Below are positions 37,673-46,377 of a stretch of DNA of 64,000 nt, piece by piece. The translations under genes and the position numbers were made by a program. Position 1 is the stretch's first letter. Every line of letters starts with the position of its first letter. The stretch is from Vulcanimicrobiales bacterium (GTDB lineage Bacteria; Vulcanimicrobiota; Vulcanimicrobiia; Vulcanimicrobiales; Vulcanimicrobiaceae): assembly GCA_038231455.1 (NCBI GenBank), contig JBBRLI010000011.1, positions 32,001-96,000 on the forward strand. Direction: 5' to 3'. The notes below the pieces were generated by a model. The model ran no database searches, had not been told where the DNA came from, and saw only the letters and a list, made by a program, of their open reading frames with translations.

Positions 37673-38662
37673 ATGCGCGTTTTTGTTACCGGAGCGACGG
37701 GATTCATCGGTCGGGCCGTTGTCCGAGCGTTGATCGAAGCAGGGCACGACGTTAGCGGCCTTGCGCGTTCGGATGCATCGGCACAAGCACTCACAACAGC
37801 CGGTGTCCGCGTCCATCGCGGGTCACTCGAGGATCTCGAGAGCTTGCGGCGCGGCGCGGCAGCTGCCGAAGGTGCGATTCACACCGCCTATTTTCATGAA
37901 TTCACGCATGCGGATGTTGCAACGCGACTGCGCGTCATGCTCGGTGGAAGTCCGAGCGGAATCATCGGCCGCTTCATGGCGGCGAGCATCGAGACCGACC
38001 GGCGTGCAATCGAAACTATCGGACGTTCGCTCGGCGGACCAGATCCTGCTCTCGTTGTCGCCTCCGGAACGCTCTCGATGCAGGCGGGCAAGCTCGCGAC
38101 GGAAGACGAGTTTCCCGATCCGAGCGCCGTTGGTGGACGCCGCGCATCGTCGGAACGGACGGCCATCGGACTCGTAACCTCCGGCGTGCGCGCGTCTGTT
38201 ATCCGGCTTCCTCCGCTCGTTCATGGCGAAGACGATCGCACGGGTTTTGCTCCGCGCCTCGTTGGAACCGCTCGTAAGAAAGCCTTCGCGGCGTTCGTCG
38301 GTGATGGCCGCAACCATTGGCCCGCCGTGCATCGGAGCGATGTCGCGCAACTCTTCCGCTTAGCGCTGGAAACGGGAACGGCCGGAGCGCGGTATCACGG
38401 AGTTGCAGAAGAGGGCATTCCGTTTCGCACGATTGCGGATGCGATCGGCCGACGCCTGAGCCTGCCCGTGCTTAGCAAAACGCCGGAAGAGGCAGCCAAG
38501 CTTTTTAGCTGGCTTGCACCGTTCATTGCCGCCGATAATCTTGCGTCGAGCGCCTTGACGCAAGACCGTCTCGGATGGAGCCCAACTGGACCGGGATTGA
38601 TCGCGGATCTGGAGGGCAGTTGGTATTTCAAATCGGATCCGGATCGCAAATACGGAACCTAA
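37673..38662 (+). CDS. SDR family NAD-dependent epimerase/oxidoreductase
   Basis: MRVFVTGATGFIG, RLPPLVHG, WPAVH, LGWSPTGPGL. Confidence 0.92.
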   Translation: MRVFVTGATGFIGRAVVRALIEAGHDVSGLARSDASAQALTTAGVRVHRGSLEDLESLRRGAAAAEGAIHTAYFHEFTHADVATRLRVMLGGSPSGIIGRFMAASIETDRRAIETIGRSLGGPDPALVVASGTLSMQAGKLATEDEFPDPSAVGGRRASSERTAIGLVTSGVRASVIRLPPLVHGEDDRTGFAPRLVGTARKKAFAAFVGDGRNHWPAVHRSDVAQLFRLALETGTAGARYHGVAEEGIPFRTIADAIGRRLSLPVLSKTPEEAAKLFSWLAPFIAADNLASSALTQDRLGWSPTGPGLIADLEGSWYFKSDPDRKYGT

Positions 38663-38675
38663 GGATCGGCGCCGC

Positions 38676-39605
38676 TCAAACGGCGATGCCGAGGCCGTCT
38701 GCTGCTGCAAGAACGTAACGCCGCGGCGGGCAGCCCATCACTCGTTTGAAAGCGGTGCTGAATGCGCTCTCGGATTCGTAACCGATTGAGAGCGCAATGT
38801 CGGCGACGGAGTCGCGCGAGTTTCGAAGCCGCTCGCCAGCTAGCAGCATCCGCCAGCGCGTCAGATAATCCATCGGTGCGGTCCCAACCAGCGCTTTAAA
38901 TTTCACCGCAAACGTCGAACGCGACATATTCGCGAGTTCGGCTAGCTCCGCAAGCGTCCAGCGGTGCGCCGGCTCGCCGTGAATTGCATAGAGCGCCGTA
39001 CTCATCTGAGCGTCTGCAAGCGCGAAGAGCCAACCGACGCGATTACCCGCGCCACTGGCAAGATGAAGTCGCAGCACCTGGAGCAAGATCATTTGCAGCA
39101 GATGCTCTGCCACGAGCACGCCGCCGGGCTGCGGTTCGCGGAGTTCACGCATCAATTCTTGCATCGCCCAGCGCATCGGCGTTCGGTCGGACTGCTTTTG
39201 GATATGCACGACGGGCGGCAACGAACCGAGCAGAATGTCGGAATGATTTCCTGCCAGTTCGAAGTAGCCGCCAACGCCCAGGAGATCCCCGCCGCCGTTG
39301 ACGGTGAGGATTTGGCCGCGTAGAGGCCGCGGGTAGGCCGTTTCAAAGTCGACGGGCGGCATCGACTGGTCGGTTGTGATTCGGAAAGGCCGTCCTCGTG
39401 CTAAGAGAACGCAGTCACCCTCTTCGAGGCGAATCGATGCGGGCTCACCGTCCATTTCGAGCCAGCACGACCCGGAGAGGATGGCATAGCACTTGATGCC
39501 GACGTCTTCGGCAAAGTCGATCGACCAGGGACCGCCGACATCAAATCCGCCAAACATGTATTTGCCGGGTTTGAGCATGGAGACAATCTCAGATAACGGA
39601 TCCAC
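38676..39605 (-). CDS. AraC family transcriptional regulator with N-terminal cupin domain
   Basis: MDPLSE start; WTLAELA..ANMSRSTF; YLTRWRM; GYESESAFSTAFKR. Confidence 0.94.
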   Translation of the reverse strand: MDPLSEIVSMLKPGKYMFGGFDVGGPWSIDFAEDVGIKCYAILSGSCWLEMDGEPASIRLEEGDCVLLARGRPFRITTDQSMPPVDFETAYPRPLRGQILTVNGGGDLLGVGGYFELAGNHSDILLGSLPPVVHIQKQSDRTPMRWAMQELMRELREPQPGGVLVAEHLLQMILLQVLRLHLASGAGNRVGWLFALADAQMSTALYAIHGEPAHRWTLAELAELANMSRSTFAVKFKALVGTAPMDYLTRWRMLLAGERLRNSRDSVADIALSIGYESESAFSTAFKRVMGCPPRRYVLAAADGLGIAV

Positions 39606-39717
39606 TACACCAGTCCGGACGATCGCGAAGAAATGGCCGCTTTTCCGTCATCCTCGTATTTCTTCTTCTGCAGCCCATGAACGAAACCAAAGTGCCAAAA
39701 AAGCTGTCATAGGCTTT

Positions 39718-39746
39718 GGAACAAACCGGGCCGGGTAGCGTATAAT
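39718..39746 (+). promoter_or_regulatory. Putative dnaK promoter(s)
   Basis: GGAAC-N16-CGTA (ECF-like) overlapping a perfect TATAAT at 39741-39746. Confidence 0.5.
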
Positions 39747-39880
39747 AACCCGTACGCAGCCCAGGCGGCGGCGAGTCACACAACCCTCCTTGAGTTTCGA
39801 TAAGCGGCAAGGCCAGCGTGTCACCCCTAGCGGGGACGATGCAACGGATGGTCCACGATGCTCGGAAAGCAGAACAACAC

Positions 39881-41743
39881 ATGGCAAAAGTGGTCGGAAT
39901 CGACCTCGGTACCACCAATTCCGTCGTCGCAGTCATGGAGGGGCAGTCGCCCACCGTCATCGCGAACGCGGAAGGCAACCGCACGACCCCCTCGGTCGTC
40001 GCGTTTACGAAGACGAACGAACGTCTCGTCGGCCAACTCGCGAAGCGCCAAGCCGTCACGAATCCGGATCGTACGATCAGTTCGATCAAGCGCCACATGG
40101 GCACGGACTTCAAAGTCAAAATCGACGGTAAGGACTACACGCCGCAAGAAATCTCGGCGATGGTACTTCAGAAGCTTGTCAACGATGCGTCGACGTATCT
40201 TGGCGAACGCGTGACCAAAGCCGTCATCACGGTTCCCGCGTACTTCAATGACGCACAGCGCCAAGCAACCAAAGACGCCGGACGCATCGCGGGTCTGGAA
40301 GTCCTGCGCATCATCAACGAGCCGACCGCAGCTGCGCTTGCGTACGGTCTCGATAAGAAAACCTCAGAGACGATTCTCGTCTGGGATCTCGGCGGCGGTA
40401 CGTTCGACGTGTCGGTGCTCGAAGTCGGCGACGGCGTCTTTGAAGTGAAGTCGACCAACGGCGACACGCGTCTTGGCGGCGACGACTATGACGAACGCGT
40501 CGTAACGTTCCTCGTTAGCGAATTCCGTAAAGAACAGGGCATCGATCTCTCAAGCGATCGTCAAGCGATGCAGCGTCTTACCGAAGCTGCAGAAAAAGCG
40601 AAGATCGAGCTGAGTTCGGTCGTGCAGACCAACATCAATCTGCCGTTCATCACGGCCGATCAAAACGGTCCCAAGCACATGGACCTCACCTTCACGCGTG
40701 CGAAGTTCGAAGAGCTCACGGCCGATCTCACCGATCGCTGCGTTGCGCCGTTCAAGAACGCGCTCTCGGATGCGAAGATCGATATCTCGCAGCTCGACGA
40801 AGTCGTGATGGTCGGCGGTTCGACCCGTATGCCCGTCATTCAAGAACTCGTCAAGAAGCTCACCGGCAAAGATCTCAACCAATCGGTCAATCCCGACGAA
40901 GTCGTTGCAATCGGCGCGGCCATTCAAGCCGGCGTTCTCGCCGGTGAAGTGCGCGACGTCGTTCTGCTCGATGTCACCCCGCTCTCGCTCGGACTCGAGA
41001 CGCTCGGCGGCGTGAATACGAAGTTGATCGAACGCAACACCACGATCCCGACGCGCAAGACGCAAGTCTTCACGACGGCCGAAGATGGCCAGACTTCGGT
41101 TGACATCCACGTGCTGCAAGGCGAGCGCGAGATGGCGCCCGACAACAAGACGCTCGCGCGATTCCGCCTCGAAGGCATCCCCGCCGCACCGCGTGGCGTA
41201 CCGCAAGTCGAAGTGACCTTCAACATCGATGCCAACGGCATCGTTGCGGTTGGCGCAAAAGACCTCGGTACGGGCAAAGAGCAGCAGATCACGATCACCG
41301 CATCGACCAATCTCAACAAAGAAGAAGTCGAACGCATGGTCCGTGATGCCGAAGTTGCCGCCGGTGAAGATCGGACGAAGAAAGAGGAAGCCGAGGTCCG
41401 CAACGCTGCGAACTCGCTCATCTACTCGACCGAAAAATCGCTCAAAGAAGTCGGCGACAAGGCCGAAGGTGCGGTTCGCGCGGACGTTGAGGCGGCACTC
41501 ACCGAACTCAAGCGCGTCAGCGAAAACGGCACGACGGCGGAAGTCAAAGCGGCCACCGAAACGCTGCAGCAGGCATCGTACAAACTCGCTGAGGTTCTCT
41601 ATCAGAAAACCGGCGCGTCGACCGACGGCGCTGCGAACGGCGCAACCAACGGCGCAGGCGCGAACGGCGCGACGCACGACGGCGCTCACGAAGCACCGCA
41701 CGGCGACGACGTCATCGACGCCGAGTTCAAAGAAGCCAAATGA
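39881..41743 (+). CDS. dnaK: Chaperone DnaK (Hsp70)
   Basis: [39 protein letters not shown]-terminus; start MAKVVG. Confidence 0.99.
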   Translation: MAKVVGIDLGTTNSVVAVMEGQSPTVIANAEGNRTTPSVVAFTKTNERLVGQLAKRQAVTNPDRTISSIKRHMGTDFKVKIDGKDYTPQEISAMVLQKLVNDASTYLGERVTKAVITVPAYFNDAQRQATKDAGRIAGLEVLRIINEPTAAALAYGLDKKTSETILVWDLGGGTFDVSVLEVGDGVFEVKSTNGDTRLGGDDYDERVVTFLVSEFRKEQGIDLSSDRQAMQRLTEAAEKAKIELSSVVQTNINLPFITADQNGPKHMDLTFTRAKFEELTADLTDRCVAPFKNALSDAKIDISQLDEVVMVGGSTRMPVIQELVKKLTGKDLNQSVNPDEVVAIGAAIQAGVLAGEVRDVVLLDVTPLSLGLETLGGVNTKLIERNTTIPTRKTQVFTTAEDGQTSVDIHVLQGEREMAPDNKTLARFRLEGIPAAPRGVPQVEVTFNIDANGIVAVGAKDLGTGKEQQITITASTNLNKEEVERMVRDAEVAAGEDRTKKEEAEVRNAANSLIYSTEKSLKEVGDKAEGAVRADVEAALTELKRVSENGTTAEVKAATETLQQASYKLAEVLYQKTGASTDGAANGATNGAGANGATHDGAHEAPHGDDVIDAEFKEAK

Positions 41744-41822
41744 GTTTTGCCATATGCTCGACATTCGTCGAGCATGTGGTAGCAAAACTCCGACCACGTT
41801 CAGCTTTTGCTGAACGTGGTCG
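41742..41822 (+). other. Two abutting strong hairpins between dnaK and grpE
   Basis: 41742-41790 is a long imperfect stem. 41791-41822 is a perfect 14-bp stem, CGACCACGTTCAGC-TTTT-GCTGAACGTGGTCG. Confidence 0.8.
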
Positions 41823-41856
41823 ATCACGCACTCTACACATCCTTTAAGGTGTTTTC

Positions 41857-42366
41857 ATGGAGAATGAGACGGGCGCTGCGGATTCCGCGACCGTGACTGC
41901 TGAGGGCGTCGATCTCGCAAGCGAGCTCGCCCTTGCGAAAGCCAAAGCTGAGGAGAACTACAATAAATTTCTCTATGCGATGGCGGATTTCGAAAATTAT
42001 AAAAAGCGCATCGAGCGTCAGCTCGGTGAGATCGCGCTCTCCGGTAAGAAATCGGTGCTCGTGAAGTTTTTGCCCGTGCTCGATAATCTCGAGCGCGCGC
42101 TGACCTTCGATCCGGGTTCCGAGGGACTACGCGGCGGATTGCAGGCGACGCTACGCGGATTCGAATCGGCGTTCGCAAGTGAGAACGTCAAGGCGCTCTC
42201 GCTCAAAGGCCAGCCGTTCGATCCGAAAGTCGCCGAAGCCATCGGCACGCAAGCGGCCGACGGCGTCGAGGACGACATCGTCCTCGAAGAAGCGCAGCGC
42301 GCGTACATGTATGGCGAAGATCTGCTTCGACCGGCTTCGGTGATCGTAGCAAAAGCTGCGGACTAA
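41857..42366 (+). CDS. grpE: Nucleotide exchange factor GrpE
   Basis: ADFENYKKR, LPVLDNLERAL, FDP, LLRPASVIV. Confidence 0.97.
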   Translation: MENETGAADSATVTAEGVDLASELALAKAKAEENYNKFLYAMADFENYKKRIERQLGEIALSGKKSVLVKFLPVLDNLERALTFDPGSEGLRGGLQATLRGFESAFASENVKALSLKGQPFDPKVAEAIGTQAADGVEDDIVLEEAQRAYMYGEDLLRPASVIVAKAAD

Positions 42367-42370
42367 CCGT

Positions 42371-42410
42371 TGCGGTGCTCGGATGAATCGTCGTTCGAGC
42401 ATCGCATTTT
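42371..42410 (+). terminator. Hairpin / weak terminator between grpE and dnaJ
   Basis: TGCGGTGCTCGGATGA-ATCG-TCGTTCGAGCATCGCA followed by TTTT. Confidence 0.55.
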
Positions 42411-42436
42411 CAAATTTTTGCTAAGGCTCGATGTGT

Positions 42437-43453
42437 ATGGCGCTCAACTATAAGAATTATTACGAAGTTCTCGGCGTCCCCAAAGACGCCGCCGAAAAAG
42501 ATATCAAATCGGCCTACCGTCGCCTTGCGCGCAAGTGGCACCCCGATGCCAATCCGAACGACCAAAAGGCTGCCGAGGAAAAATTCAAAGAAATTGCCGA
42601 GGCCTACGAAGTGCTCGGCGACTCTGAAAAGCGCAAGAAGTACGACGTCCTCGGGAACGATTGGCAGCGCGCGGCGCGCGAAGCCGAACAGCAGCGCACG
42701 TATCGCAGCGCGCAGCAAGAATACGGCAATTTCAACGGTGCCCCCGGCGGCCCGGGCGCGGGGCCGAGCGGCTTTTCGGACTTCTTCGACATGTTTTTCT
42801 CGGGGATCGGCAAGCGTGGCGCGCCTGGACCCTCGTCGTTCTCGCAGCGCGGCCAGGATCTCGAAACAACGATCGAGCTCACGCTCACCGAGTCGTACAA
42901 CGGCGGAAAAAAATCGGTTTCGCTCCAACTCGAAGACGTCTGCACGCGCTGCGGCGGCACGGGGACGGATCGCAATCGCATCTGCGCGCTGTGCCACGGA
43001 ACCGGACGGACCCTCGAGACGAAGAAATTCGATGTAACGATCCCGCGCGGCGTGCGCGAGGGTCAGCGGATTCGCCTTGCCGGTCAGGGTGGGAGCGGCG
43101 TCGGCGGCGGCCAAGGCGGCGACCTGTTCTTGGTCGTCCAGCTGCGCTCGGATGAAAAATACGAACGTAAGGGCGACGATCTTTACGTCGACCTGCCCGT
43201 GAGCATTTACGATCTCGTTCTCGGCGGAGACGTCCGCGTCCCCACGATGACGGGCGACGTCACGATGACGATCCCGGCGGGTACCCAGAGCAACAAGCTG
43301 CTGCGCCTCGGCGGCAAAGGCATGCCCAAGCTCAAAGATAGCGGTTTCGGCGATGAATACGTCAAGCTGGTGGCTCAGCTTCCGGCAAATCTCACGGACA
43401 AAGAGACCAAGCTCTTCAAAGAACTCGCAACGCTCCGCAACGGAAAGATATAG
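42437..43453 (+). CDS. dnaJ: DnaJ family co-chaperone (J domain, reduced zinc finger, C-terminal domain)
   Basis: YYEVLGV, HPD, G/F-rich region, only two CxxCxGxG repeats, [12 protein letters not shown]. Confidence 0.92.
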   Translation: MALNYKNYYEVLGVPKDAAEKDIKSAYRRLARKWHPDANPNDQKAAEEKFKEIAEAYEVLGDSEKRKKYDVLGNDWQRAAREAEQQRTYRSAQQEYGNFNGAPGGPGAGPSGFSDFFDMFFSGIGKRGAPGPSSFSQRGQDLETTIELTLTESYNGGKKSVSLQLEDVCTRCGGTGTDRNRICALCHGTGRTLETKKFDVTIPRGVREGQRIRLAGQGGSGVGGGQGGDLFLVVQLRSDEKYERKGDDLYVDLPVSIYDLVLGGDVRVPTMTGDVTMTIPAGTQSNKLLRLGGKGMPKLKDSGFGDEYVKLVAQLPANLTDKETKLFKELATLRNGKI

Positions 43454-43576
43454 CGCGTAAAACCATCGTTACACGCGATCTATCTGCTACAAAACCACTA
43501 CAACGAGTGATTCTTTCGGCGTATCATTGATGTGCGCATATATAGCGCAACACTGATTACAGAAGGATCACTCCCC

Positions 43577-43744
43577 GTGAAAACCGCCCCGGTTGTAAAA
43601 ACCGACGTGAAGACCGAGTCCGAAGCCGAACCCACGCTGAACTTCTCCCGGATCATCAAACTCTCGCCCAGTGCCGGCACGTTCGCCGGATGGGGACCCA
43701 AGATGGCCGGATACGCGTTCGATGCGCTTCGCCGTCTGAACTGA
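43577..43744 (+). CDS. Stand-alone 55-aa peptide of unknown function
   Basis: GAAGGA SD, GTG start, coding-like codons, immediately followed by a terminator. Confidence 0.7.
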   Translation: MKTAPVVKTDVKTESEAEPTLNFSRIIKLSPSAGTFAGWGPKMAGYAFDALRRLN

Positions 43745-43748
43745 GAAC

Positions 43749-43777
43749 AAAAACCTCGGCTCGCGCCGAGGTTTTTT
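43749..43777 (+). terminator. Intrinsic terminator
   Basis: AAAAACCTCGGC-TCGC-GCCGAGGTTTTTT. Confidence 0.88.
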
Positions 43778-43846
43778 ATTATCCGAGGCGGCACCAAGGC
43801 CGGGCCCGAGTAACCGCGCGTGCTTCGGTGGAGTTAAGGAAGTCGT

Positions 43847-45667
43847 ATGTTAGGTGGCCCGCCGACCCACATGATGTGGTCGAATATGTTCAGTCCCGAT
43901 AAGCCGACGATCAAGCGCAAAGCGGATTGGAAGCGAATCGGCGCATTTTTCAAGCCCTATTGGCGCGAGCAAATCATGGTGCTCGTCTGCATCCTGGTCG
44001 GCTCGCTCCTCGGGCTGCTACCGCCGCTGCTCACGAAGTGGCTCATCGATGACGCGATTCCGAACAAGTCGATGTCCGGCGTCTTCGGCAACGTCGGCGC
44101 GATGATCGCTGCGGCTGCGGTCGCGGCGATCATCGGCGTCTACCAAGGCTACCTGAACTCGCTCGTCGGCGAGGGTATCATGCGCGATATCCGCACGAGC
44201 CTCGTCGGCCATCTGCACAACATGCCGCTCACGTTCTTCACCAATACGAAGACCGGCGAGATCATGAATCGTGTCTCAAGCGACGTAGACAACGTCGACA
44301 ACGTGGTCACCGGGACGCTCGTCTCGATCGTCACGAACGTCTTCACGATGTTCACGACCGTCGTGACGATCTTCATCCTCGATTGGCGACTTGCGATTCT
44401 CGCGCTCGTGATCGTGCCGCTCATGCTCTTGCCGCTCTCGCCGGTCGGCCGACGGATGTACGACATCCGCAAGCAGACGCGCGTGAAGCGCGACGAGATT
44501 GAATCGATCACGCAAGAAACGCTTTCGATCTCCGGCATCGTTCTTATCAAATCGTTCGTGCGCGAAGCCTTCGAACGTAGCCGGTTCTACGCCGTCGGCA
44601 CGGATCTCATGAATTTAGAGATCCGCCTTGCGATGGTCGGCCGCTGGTTCATTGCCGCGATTACCGCGATGGTGATCGTCGGTCCCGCGCTCGTGTGGCT
44701 CGGCGGCGCCTATCTTGCCGTTCAAGGCATTATCACGATCGGCACGATCGTCGCCTTCGTCGCGTATCTCTCGCGTCTGTATAGCCCCGCAGCGGCGCTC
44801 GCGGGCGTCCAGGTGCAGATCGTCAGCGCCCTTGCCGTCTTCGAACGTATCTTCGAATACCTCGATATGGATGTCGAAGGTCACGAAATCGCAAACCCGA
44901 TCGTGCTCACGGAGTCGCGCGGCGAGGTTGCCTTCGAGAACGTGCAGTTCTCCTATTCTTCCGAACGCACGGCACTTGACGGCGTGAGTTTTCACATCGC
45001 ACCGGGTCAGATGGCCGCGTTCGTCGGCCCCTCGGGCGCCGGCAAGACAACGATCACGCAACTCGTGCCGCGGTTCTACGATCCGCAGTCGGGCTCGGTC
45101 CGCATCGACGGGTACGACGTACGCGATCTCAAGCTTGCAAGTCTGCGCGAACAGATCGGCATCGTCACGCAGGAGACCTATCTCTTCCACGACACGATCG
45201 AGGCAAACTTACGCTACGCACGCGAAAACGCAAGCGAAGCTGAGGTCATCGCCGCGGCGAAAGCAGCAAACATCCACGACTTCATCGCCCGGCTACCCGA
45301 GGGCTATAAGACGATCGTCGGCGAGCGCGGACACAAACTCTCCGGCGGCGAGCGCCAGCGTCTCGCGATTGCGCGCGTCTTGCTCAAAAATCCGAAGATC
45401 CTCATCCTCGATGAGGCAACGAGCGCGCTCGATTCGAACAACGAATCGCTCATCCAAGCCGCTCTCGTACCTCTGATGGAAGGGCGCACGAGTATGGTGA
45501 TCGCGCACCGTCTCTCGACGATCCTCGCCGCCGACATCATCTTCGTCGTCGACGGCGGCAAAATCGCCGAGAGCGGCAGCCACGAGGCGCTTCTCGCGCG
45601 GAACGGCATCTACGCGAGTCTCTACTGGAAGCAATTCCGAGACGATCCGGCGCCGCAGGCGGTGTAA
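43847..45667 (+). CDS. ABC exporter, fused permease/ATPase (MsbA/MdlB-like)
   Basis: 6-TM domain plus GPSGAGKTT, LSGGERQRLAIAR, LDEATSALD, IAHRLST. Confidence 0.95.
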   Translation: MLGGPPTHMMWSNMFSPDKPTIKRKADWKRIGAFFKPYWREQIMVLVCILVGSLLGLLPPLLTKWLIDDAIPNKSMSGVFGNVGAMIAAAAVAAIIGVYQGYLNSLVGEGIMRDIRTSLVGHLHNMPLTFFTNTKTGEIMNRVSSDVDNVDNVVTGTLVSIVTNVFTMFTTVVTIFILDWRLAILALVIVPLMLLPLSPVGRRMYDIRKQTRVKRDEIESITQETLSISGIVLIKSFVREAFERSRFYAVGTDLMNLEIRLAMVGRWFIAAITAMVIVGPALVWLGGAYLAVQGIITIGTIVAFVAYLSRLYSPAAALAGVQVQIVSALAVFERIFEYLDMDVEGHEIANPIVLTESRGEVAFENVQFSYSSERTALDGVSFHIAPGQMAAFVGPSGAGKTTITQLVPRFYDPQSGSVRIDGYDVRDLKLASLREQIGIVTQETYLFHDTIEANLRYARENASEAEVIAAAKAANIHDFIARLPEGYKTIVGERGHKLSGGERQRLAIARVLLKNPKILILDEATSALDSNNESLIQAALVPLMEGRTSMVIAHRLSTILAADIIFVVDGGKIAESGSHEALLARNGIYASLYWKQFRDDPAPQAV

Positions 45668-46377
45668 TGTCCCTGGGCGTCGAGCACCTCACGAAGCGAT
45701 TCGGTAAGAAACTCGCGGTTAGCGATCTATCCTTTCGCGTGAATGCGGGTGAACTCGTCGGCTTCATCGGCCCAAACGGCGCTGGAAAGACGACGAGTTT
45801 GCAGTGCATCGCGGGCTTCTTACGGCCCGACGCCGGACGCATCAGCATCGACGGGCAGGTCATCGAACGCGAGCGCGGCCGTTTCGTTTCACTCATCGCA
45901 GAAACGCCGGACGTTTATCCGATGCTCACCCTGTGGGAGCACCTCGCGTTTGTCGCTCGCGGCTCGCGCCTCGCGGCGGGATGGGAAGCCGATGCCGAGG
46001 CGCTTTTACGTCGCTTCGGCTTGCTCGACGAACGCGACACGCTCGGCGGCGCCGCGTCCAAAGGCATGCGCCAAAAAACGCTGATTGCTGCGACGCTACT
46101 CGCGCGAACGCGCGTCGTGCTCTTAGACGAACCGATGATCGGCCTCGACCCGCAGGGACAGCGCGAACTCAAAACACTCGTCGAAGAGTTGTGCGAACAA
46201 GGCATGGCGGTCGTCATGAGTACGCACCAAATCGACACCGCGCAAGAAATGTGCGACCGCGTTGTGATCCTCAACCGCGGGACGGTCGTCGCCGATGGAA
46301 CCTTCGACGAGCTTCAAGCGCAGCGCGCGACTGCCGCGTCGCTCGAATCGATTTACTTCGACCTCACGGCTCACTGA
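45667..46377 (+). CDS. ABC transporter ATP-binding protein
   Basis: GPNGAGKTT, SKGMRQK, LLDEPMIGLDP, STH. Confidence 0.93.
   Translation: MSLGVEHLTKRFGKKLAVSDLSFRVNAGELVGFIGPNGAGKTTSLQCIAGFLRPDAGRISIDGQVIERERGRFVSLIAETPDVYPMLTLWEHLAFVARGSRLAAGWEADAEALLRRFGLLDERDTLGGAASKGMRQKTLIAATLLARTRVVLLDEPMIGLDPQGQRELKTLVEELCEQGMAVVMSTHQIDTAQEMCDRVVILNRGTVVADGTFDELQAQRATAASLESIYFDLTAH

Noticed and set aside
39670-39812. CIRCE or HAIR heat-shock operator upstream of dnaK
   Set aside because: Only half-sites are present (AAGTGCCAA; CTTGAGT), without a matching partner at the required spacing.
41620-41700. Short repeats (AACGGCGC) at the dnaK 3' end
   Set aside because: They encode the disordered ANGA/TNGA tail of DnaK; not a CRISPR or a mobile repeat.
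40550-41827. 425-aa minus-strand ORF
   Set aside because: Long antisense ORFs opposite dnaK are a known consequence of codon bias.
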